Shown piece after piece: positions 57,852 through 64,000 of a stretch of DNA of 64,000 nt (its first letter is position 1; every line of letters begins with the position of its first letter). The stretch is taken from NCBI GenBank assembly GCA_016186325.1, contig JACPLW010000005.1:17191-81190 (forward strand). Direction: 5' to 3'. Under the pieces are notes generated by a model. That model did no database searches and was not told the origin of the DNA. It saw nothing but the letters and a program-made list of their open reading frames with translations. The DNA is from Parcubacteria group bacterium (GTDB lineage Bacteria; Patescibacteriota; Minisyncoccia; UBA10092). The translations under genes and the position numbers were made by a program.

Positions 57852-58928
57852 TTAACTTTTTAATATATCGTATTTCGTAAACATCTTGCCAAGGTTAAAA
57901 CTAAAAAAACGAATAAGCGTCATAAATTTATAAGGTCTATGTAACAAGTGTCTTTTAAGAACGGAGAATGTGTAGGGATTGCGTAAAGATAGATTCGGCC
58001 TGATTTTTTCCAAAACATCTTTGTTTAATTTCATGAAAAGCCAGTAATTCGCGCCACGGCGAAAATAAAGTTTCGCTAAAGAACTCAATTTTAGATGGGA
58101 CAAATGAATAACGTGCGTGGGCAGATAGAGAATTTTATTGTTACCATGCAAAATCCGCAGTGCCAAATCGTTGTCTTCATATCCGGGCCAACGGAATTCT
58201 TCCCTAAAACCACCCATTTTTTCTAATATATCCCTGCGATACGACATATTAGCCGTATTATATGCGAAGGTCTCAAAACATACCATCGGATCGTTACTTA
58301 TTATTTCATGCGATAAAAGAAATGGGCTTATTCGGGAATCATAAAAAAAACTGACATAATAAATAAATTTTGCCACAACATTGCGCTCAAGCTTTTCTTT
58401 CGGCGGGATCTGCCAGCCCCCTACCCCTGCGACACCCGGATATCTATTATGACCGTCTAAAAGCGTCTCCATCCAATCCGGCAAAACAATGCAATCATCG
58501 TCTGTAAAAAAAATAATTTCTCCCCTTGCTTCTTTTATACCAAAGTTTCTGGCTTTAGCCGGCCCGCCATTTTCAATTTTGAAATACCTGATTTCCGGTT
58601 TTGCTTGCCCGCCGAAGCCTCGGCGTAAGCGGGTATTTTGTATTTTGTATTTTGCGATTTGCGACTCGGTGTCATCGGTTGAGCCGTCGTCAACCACAAT
58701 GATCTCGTAATTATCTTTGGGAACGGTTTGTTTTATTAAATGGCTTAGGGCGTTTATAAGACACTTAGAGCGATTATATGTCGGCACAATAATGGAACAG
58801 AAGAAATATGTATTTTGTGCGGCAGCATCCACGCCGTTGAATGGTTTGAGTTTTTTAAAGACGCTCCTTTTCCTATCATATCTTTCTTCCGTGAGAGTAA
58901 ACACTGCGTTCCCTATTTCATTTTTCAT
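57852..58928 (-). CDS. Family 2 glycosyltransferase
   Basis: SIIVPTYNRSKCL...EIIVVDDGSTDDT; DDC motif; contains an in-frame (gtatttt)x3 heptamer repeat. Confidence 0.7.
   Translation of the reverse strand: MKNEIGNAVFTLTEERYDRKRSVFKKLKPFNGVDAAAQNTYFFCSIIVPTYNRSKCLINALSHLIKQTVPKDNYEIIVVDDGSTDDTESQIAKYKIQNTRLRRGFGGQAKPEIRYFKIENGGPAKARNFGIKEARGEIIFFTDDDCIVLPDWMETLLDGHNRYPGVAGVGGWQIPPKEKLERNVVAKFIYYVSFFYDSRISPFLLSHEIISNDPMVCFETFAYNTANMSYRRDILEKMGGFREEFRWPGYEDNDLALRILHGNNKILYLPTHVIHLSHLKLSSLAKLYFRRGANYWLFMKLNKDVLEKIRPNLSLRNPYTFSVLKRHLLHRPYKFMTLIRFFSFNLGKMFTKYDILKS
58632..58665. repeat. Heptanucleotide tandem repeat (gtatttt)x3 plus gcgatttgcga inside the GT2 gene
   Basis: gtattttgtattttgtattttgcgatttgcgac. 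Confidence 0.5.
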
Positions 58929-60018
58929 AAAAAGTTTTTATAAGCGCAAAAACCCGATGGATATCCTCTTCGGCAATATTGGAGCCGGTCGGCAAAACCA
59001 AAGATTCTTCCGCTATTCTCTCAGCAACCGGAAAATCGCCTTTTTTATAATCCAAATAACAAAACGCTTCAAAATGTGGAAGCGGGACGCCGTATTGAAT
59101 CCGGCTATCCACTCTGTTTTCACGCAAAAATTTATGTAATTCATTTCTTTTTTTAGTCAAAACAACGTAACGGTATCCGTTAATAAAATAGTTTTGCGGC
59201 ACCAATGGAATAATTAAATCGCCGATGCCCTCAAGAAGCCGCGAATATAAGAAGTAATTTTCGCGTCGTCGCCTAATAATACCGTCTAAATTTTCCATTT
59301 TAACATTCATAATCGCGGCATGAAACGGAGAAAGACGGCTGGCCACTCCGATAGTCGGATGTTTAGCGCTAAGATTCTCAAAAGTTGTTCCGTACATTCT
59401 CAAAAGAGAAATTTTATCGGCAATTGTCTTATTATTTGTGATTATCGCTCCGCTATCTCCGAATCCGTTTAAAATTTTTGACGGATTAAAGCTTAGACAG
59501 GCGATATCACTATAATATCCCGGGTGACGATTTTTATATTTTGAACCGACGGCCTGCGCCGCGTCTTCTATCAAAAATAAATTATGTTTTTTAGCCAATT
59601 CAGAAATTTTTTCCATGTCCGCCATTATTCCGTTAAGATGGGTGACAATAATACCCTTTGTTTTTAGAGTTATAGCTTTTTCAATTAAATTTGGATTGAT
59701 GTTGAAACTGCTTAATTCAATATCAACAAAAACCGGTTTGGCGTTAATCCAGGCAATCGCTCCGGCAGTCGAAAAAAAACTCACCGCCGGTACAATTACC
59801 TCGTCTTCGGGACCGATATTGAATGCCTTAAGAGAGAGAATTAAAGCATCGGTGCCGCTAGCCACCCCCAAGGCATATTTAGCGCCGGTGTATTCCGCGA
59901 GAACTTTTTCAAAAATCCTTACCGGCTTTCCCAACATAAAATCGCCGACGTTTTTCCCCTTCAAAACAATTCCAGCCAAAGCATTGATGATTTTTAATTT
60001 TAGGAATAGTTCATTCAT
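58918..60018 (-). CDS. DegT/DnrJ/EryC1/StrS-family PLP-dependent sugar aminotransferase
   Basis: Fold-type I aminotransferase motifs typical of the DegT family (ALGVASGTDAL; Lys-containing SFNPSK). Confidence 0.8.
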   Translation of the reverse strand: MNELFLKLKIINALAGIVLKGKNVGDFMLGKPVRIFEKVLAEYTGAKYALGVASGTDALILSLKAFNIGPEDEVIVPAVSFFSTAGAIAWINAKPVFVDIELSSFNINPNLIEKAITLKTKGIIVTHLNGIMADMEKISELAKKHNLFLIEDAAQAVGSKYKNRHPGYYSDIACLSFNPSKILNGFGDSGAIITNNKTIADKISLLRMYGTTFENLSAKHPTIGVASRLSPFHAAIMNVKMENLDGIIRRRRENYFLYSRLLEGIGDLIIPLVPQNYFINGYRYVVLTKKRNELHKFLRENRVDSRIQYGVPLPHFEAFCYLDYKKGDFPVAERIAEESLVLPTGSNIAEEDIHRVFALIKTFYEK

Positions 60019-60022
60019 TGGG

Positions 60023-61375
60023 TTATAAATTTCGTATTAAAATCGGGGTTTTACCATTGGCGGACGGATTTATTGTTGCCACTTCTTCTAATATGACTTG
60101 AAACTGGCGCTTTAAGGCCTCATACAGTAAGTTACTTAAATGTTTCTTTTCTGTCTCGGTTAAAGCGATATTCGGAATGTAACGAAACACTATCAGATTT
60201 TTATCCCGCAATTCAAACTGGTATTGCGCGATCCTGTCATGGTAACCCTCATCAATGTGCAGCGCCAAATCAAGAACGGACACGTTTTTATTAGAATTAG
60301 GGAACTGGATAATTTCCGACTCCCGACCATAAAGAGTAATAGTTTTTGATTTGCGGCCGCAAGAGCATAATTCGTTATTTATTACTGCCCTATCGCCGAT
60401 CCTATATCTTATAAACGGCATCGTAAAATTTTCAAAAAAAGTTACAACTACATTGCCCTCGCAACCATCGGGAACGACCTCGCAGCCGTCCGACACAACT
60501 TCAAAATAATTCATCCACGGCGCCAAATGCAACTTGCGGTATTCACATTCAATCCCTAAAAGCGAGGTCTCCCGACTGCCGTAACAGGTAAAAGTCGGGC
60601 ATTTAAAAAATCTGAAAATATTGTTTCGTTCCAGTTCGCTTATGTGTTCGCCACGGTACATTAAAGTTTTAAAAATTATGTCTGGGGCTTCTTTTCGGGT
60701 TAAAAATAGAAATCTCCTCAAATCGCTTCCGTTGGCGATAAGCGTTGCCGGCCTTAACTTTAGATAAGGATAAATGACGGACTGCCGGAATTTATAGTCG
60801 CCCCACTGGGTACTACTGAATCGCCCGCCAAAATTATCCAAATCATGATGGCTTTCTAAGCCCAATATCACTATGTGGCCATGATAGGAATTGCCAGAGT
60901 ATCTTAATTCGTGGGAAGTATTTACTTCTCGCCGCAGATTGTCGCGTAAGTCCTGATAAAACTTCAGCGGCTCGCCGGTAGAGCCGGAAGTAACCGCTTC
61001 TCTAAAACGCCAGCGAGGAATATTTTTGGCAACAAACGTTTCAATTGGATTTTTTTTTATTTCGGTTCTGGTAATTAGAGGAATTTTCTGCAACTGTGAA
61101 AAATCTTTAAACGTTTCCGGATTGAAATTAGTTTCTTTAAAAACTCTCCGCCAATAAGGAACGTTGCTTCCGGCGTGAGTTAAAATTTTTTTAAGTTTTA
61201 TAAGCTGAATTTCTTTCCAATCACTTTCTGAAAAAAAATCCGACTGCGCCAGCGCCCAATTTTGTATGGTCTTGTCAAAATATTTTAAAACTTTTGAATC
61301 TCTACTAAATGCTTCCACCGATAAAGGAGAATTGCAGATAATATGTTTTGCAATTTTTTGTGTGTATGAAAGCAT
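60023..61375 (-). CDS. CapK/PaaK-like adenylate-forming enzyme (phenylacetate-CoA ligase family)
   Basis: TSGSTGEP AMP-binding motif and family size. Confidence 0.6.
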   Translation of the reverse strand: MLSYTQKIAKHIICNSPLSVEAFSRDSKVLKYFDKTIQNWALAQSDFFSESDWKEIQLIKLKKILTHAGSNVPYWRRVFKETNFNPETFKDFSQLQKIPLITRTEIKKNPIETFVAKNIPRWRFREAVTSGSTGEPLKFYQDLRDNLRREVNTSHELRYSGNSYHGHIVILGLESHHDLDNFGGRFSSTQWGDYKFRQSVIYPYLKLRPATLIANGSDLRRFLFLTRKEAPDIIFKTLMYRGEHISELERNNIFRFFKCPTFTCYGSRETSLLGIECEYRKLHLAPWMNYFEVVSDGCEVVPDGCEGNVVVTFFENFTMPFIRYRIGDRAVINNELCSCGRKSKTITLYGRESEIIQFPNSNKNVSVLDLALHIDEGYHDRIAQYQFELRDKNLIVFRYIPNIALTETEKKHLSNLLYEALKRQFQVILEEVATINPSANGKTPILIRNL

Positions 61376-61381
61376 AGCATC

Positions 61382-61831
61382 TCAATCGAAATCTACTTCA
61401 TATATTTCCCACGGTATAACAGTAAAGTCAGAGCGCCTGATCCACAACGGATCAATTTTAAAATATCGCGTTTCGTCCATATCGGAAAATTTTGCAAAGT
61501 CCGGAAATCGCGCAATATGAATTATTTTACATTCTGCAAGCTCTTCTCCGCTCAATTCAGAAACTATGCCTTCGTATTGAACCGTTATATTTTGATCCCA
61601 GCCTATTACAACGGCAACGTTTCTATTATTCTTGAAATTCTCATACTTCCTAAACCGATTAGAAGTATCAAAGATCAAATTTAATTCATTTTTAACAGAA
61701 AATTTAATAGCCGCTGCTTCCGGCTTGCCTTCAGGATTCACCGTGGCGAGTACTGCTAAATTGTGTTTTTTAATAAAATCCGCGATTAGTTTTTTTTCGT
61801 TTTGATTATTGATTGCCATAATAAAATTCAA
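61382..61831 (-). CDS. Pyridoxamine 5'-phosphate oxidase-like FMN-binding split-barrel protein
   Basis: About 150 aa; LAVLATVNPEGKPEAAAIKF pattern of the PNPOx-like family. Confidence 0.55.
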   Translation of the reverse strand: MNFIMAINNQNEKKLIADFIKKHNLAVLATVNPEGKPEAAAIKFSVKNELNLIFDTSNRFRKYENFKNNRNVAVVIGWDQNITVQYEGIVSELSGEELAECKIIHIARFPDFAKFSDMDETRYFKIDPLWIRRSDFTVIPWEIYEVDFD

Positions 61832-61924
61832 TTACTTATACTCATTACATTCCATTATATCATAGCGATCCGTTGTATACAGACGGTTGTGAATATATCA
61901 GAAATAATTTATTATATAGACGCC

Positions 61925-63067
61925 ATGGAAAAACAAAGGTCGATACAAAAAGAATCCGAAGCGGAAATGTCGAGGCCCGAGAATAAAATTTCCCGGCGGG
62001 AATTTTTAAAAACGGCCGGAGCAAGTTTTGCCGCAGCGATTCTTGCCGGCAACGCCAAAGAAGCGCTGGCTTTGATTGAAAAGACGTCCGAAACCAAAGA
62101 AAAAGAAGATGGCGAACCGAAAATATCTTTTGATATATTTTATTCTTTTCACGATACCGCAAAAGATGCGGAGGGGCTTGCGGAACGAATTAAAAAATCG
62201 GATATTTATATGCCCGAGCTTTTCGGTTGGAACGAACGGTATCTTAACGACACTAAAGCTATTGCCGAAGGCAAGATGACTCCAGATGAACTCATGTGGA
62301 AAAGGTTGCGAGGATTTGATCAGGAATATCCTTATTCTTTTGATTACGCCGAAGCCAAAGCTCTATATAAATCGAGTAAATATGTCGCCTATGTTGATGT
62401 ACCGAGAGAACATCCGCTTTTTGATAAAGGAGCAGATGCACGAGAAGAACTCGGAAGAATTGATTTGACTAAGAATTTCTCAGAGTTAGCCGTGTCTTTT
62501 AACGAAAGCGTAAGGCGTTGGGCAGATGTCCAAAAAGAGCGAGAAGTATATATTCTTTCTGAATTGGGGAGATTCGCCGATAGCATCAAAGATGGCCGCA
62601 TGCCGAAATTAAAAGGAAAAAAAGAAATAAAAATATTAATAGCGCTTGGTGCGATGCACACCGGCGTGTATCATGAACTTTCGCGCACCGAAAAAGAAAC
62701 ATCGCGCAAATTTCACACTATGCCGCTCATATTCGGAAAGTTCGCCAGTGAACTTGCGCGCCGTTTTATGTTCGGTAAAGATACCGATGAGACGCTTGCG
62801 ACGCAAGCGCTATTCGGCGCAGTATTTAGCTCAATGGTTAGTAATCGTAGTGACAGAAGTATTCGCGGTTCATATGAGGTATCGCTTATTGAACGAAAAA
62901 TTGTCCCCCAGTTTTCTATTGATGAAATGAAAAAAATATTTGCCGAAGCGCGCATCGCGGAAGACCCACAAAAAAAGTTTCTTGACGCGTCGCTTGAAAA
63001 GTTGAAAGAAAAAGGCATTCGTCTGCCGTCTTCCGAAAAAGAACTGGATACTTTTTTAAATGGATAA
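61925..63067 (+). CDS. Tat-signal secreted hypothetical protein
   Basis: Twin-arginine motif SRREFLKTAGASFAAAILAG after the internal Met; the upstream part of the ORF-track ORF (61802..) overlaps the divergent gene and is unlikely to be translated. Confidence 0.4.
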   Translation: MEKQRSIQKESEAEMSRPENKISRREFLKTAGASFAAAILAGNAKEALALIEKTSETKEKEDGEPKISFDIFYSFHDTAKDAEGLAERIKKSDIYMPELFGWNERYLNDTKAIAEGKMTPDELMWKRLRGFDQEYPYSFDYAEAKALYKSSKYVAYVDVPREHPLFDKGADAREELGRIDLTKNFSELAVSFNESVRRWADVQKEREVYILSELGRFADSIKDGRMPKLKGKKEIKILIALGAMHTGVYHELSRTEKETSRKFHTMPLIFGKFASELARRFMFGKDTDETLATQALFGAVFSSMVSNRSDRSIRGSYEVSLIERKIVPQFSIDEMKKIFAEARIAEDPQKKFLDASLEKLKEKGIRLPSSEKELDTFLNG

Positions 63068-63917
63068 AATCACGGAATCGCAAAAAGGAGAAATCATGGA
63101 ATCGCTTGGTTTTAAAGGAACGCTTGAAGATATAAAGAAGGTTTGGAGCGGGTACGCTAAGGGATGGGGCGATAGGTGGTCTCCCTGGCGGCCATCATCA
63201 GGAGATATTGGCGTATATCAAGCGCTGGCCGAAGAAAAGTTAAGTGGTCGAGTACTCCTGTTTGGCGCAACGCCCGAATTGAGAGATTTAATTGCGCAGA
63301 ACGGCGGGGACATAGTTTTAATCGATATCTGCCCGGAAATGGTTGGGGCGGCCACTAAATTCCTTAATCATTCAAATCCAAAAAATGAAACATGGATTAT
63401 AGCCGATTGGTGCGAAATGCCTTTCTCTTCAGATTATTTTGATTTAATGATCGGAGATTTTATGTGGTGGCTGCTTTCCGTGCCACGGCAAAAAACCCTT
63501 CGCGACCAAATAGCGCGAATTTTAAAACCGGGAGGAAATTTTGTTTCTCGTATTCATTTTTGCGACTTGGCGCGCGCCGGCCAAAACATAGAAGAGATAA
63601 TAAAAACAAATTTGCTCCGATTACATCACGACAATAGCAATAGGCCGCAATTGCGTGAAATGATTATAGCTAAAATTGTTGACGCGACAGCCGATTTTCA
63701 CGCCAAAAGATTAAACATAAAAACAGCTATTCCCGTATTTGAAAAAATTATTTCAGAAACCAGTGACGAATTCTTGCGAGGCTTTATAGAAGAACTTTTT
63801 TCGCGCTGCAAAAACCGCACCGACTGGACGGCGCAGACAAAAGACAAAAGAAGAAATATTCGCCTGTTTAGAAGAAAAACTTCTCTTTGTAGACGAAAAA
63901 TTTGCCTCGGATTATGA
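63060..63917 (+). CDS. Putative class I SAM-dependent methyltransferase
   Basis: Rossmann-like VLLFGATPELRDLIAQNGGDIVLIDICPEMV motif I region and an acidic motif II region. Confidence 0.4.
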   Translation: MDKITESQKGEIMESLGFKGTLEDIKKVWSGYAKGWGDRWSPWRPSSGDIGVYQALAEEKLSGRVLLFGATPELRDLIAQNGGDIVLIDICPEMVGAATKFLNHSNPKNETWIIADWCEMPFSSDYFDLMIGDFMWWLLSVPRQKTLRDQIARILKPGGNFVSRIHFCDLARAGQNIEEIIKTNLLRLHHDNSNRPQLREMIIAKIVDATADFHAKRLNIKTAIPVFEKIISETSDEFLRGFIEELFSRCKNRTDWTAQTKDKRRNIRLFRRKTSLCRRKICLGL

Positions 63918-64000
63918 AGATGCTAAATTTTTTCCAATTATTAAATTTATAAAAAATTAGAAAGCCGGATGTAAATATGGAAGATTTCTGGCAAAAAAAA

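Overview
Low-GC (roughly mid-30s %) gene-dense window read with the standard genetic code. Gene content looks like a reduced-genome bacterium of the Candidate Phyla Radiation / Patescibacteria (Parcubacteria-like) type; this is inference from gene content only. Features in order: a partial HTH-domain gene; glmS; leuS; tatD; metG; an AI-2E transporter; an M16 peptidase; glyQS; two PaaX-like small regulators; a RecO-like gene; clpP; ileS (type 2, carrying an inserted histidine-phosphatase domain); argS; smpB followed by a one-piece tmRNA whose 5' end overlaps the smpB stop; a GIY-YIG nuclease gene; infC-rpmI-rplT behind a near-consensus promoter; MGMT-like and NUDIX genes; PolX; tRNA-Arg(CCG); an amino-acid permease; and a roughly 1 kb non-coding island packed with GC-rich hairpins. 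A complete type IV pilus locus follows (pilM/N/O-like, pilB, pilT, pilC, major pilin, pilD, three minor pilins, PilX-like), flanked by a ClpC-type ATPase and comF. Next come surface/TPR proteins; a YcaO cyclodehydratase plus SagB-type dehydrogenase pair (RiPP-like, no precursor seen); and a cell-envelope glycopolymer locus (two GT2 enzymes, TagF-like protein, cytidylyltransferase, SDR, DegT aminotransferase, CapK-like ligase, PNPOx-like flavoprotein). The most unusual sequence-level signal is a family of short GC-rich palindromic elements, standing out against the AT-rich background, inserted in-frame into conserved housekeeping genes (glmS, leuS, tatD, comF, a GT2, probably the epimerase and an HTH gene) and clustered in the 30.4-30.9 kb non-coding island. 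This is analogous to Rickettsia palindromic elements. No CRISPR array, transposase or integrase was seen.
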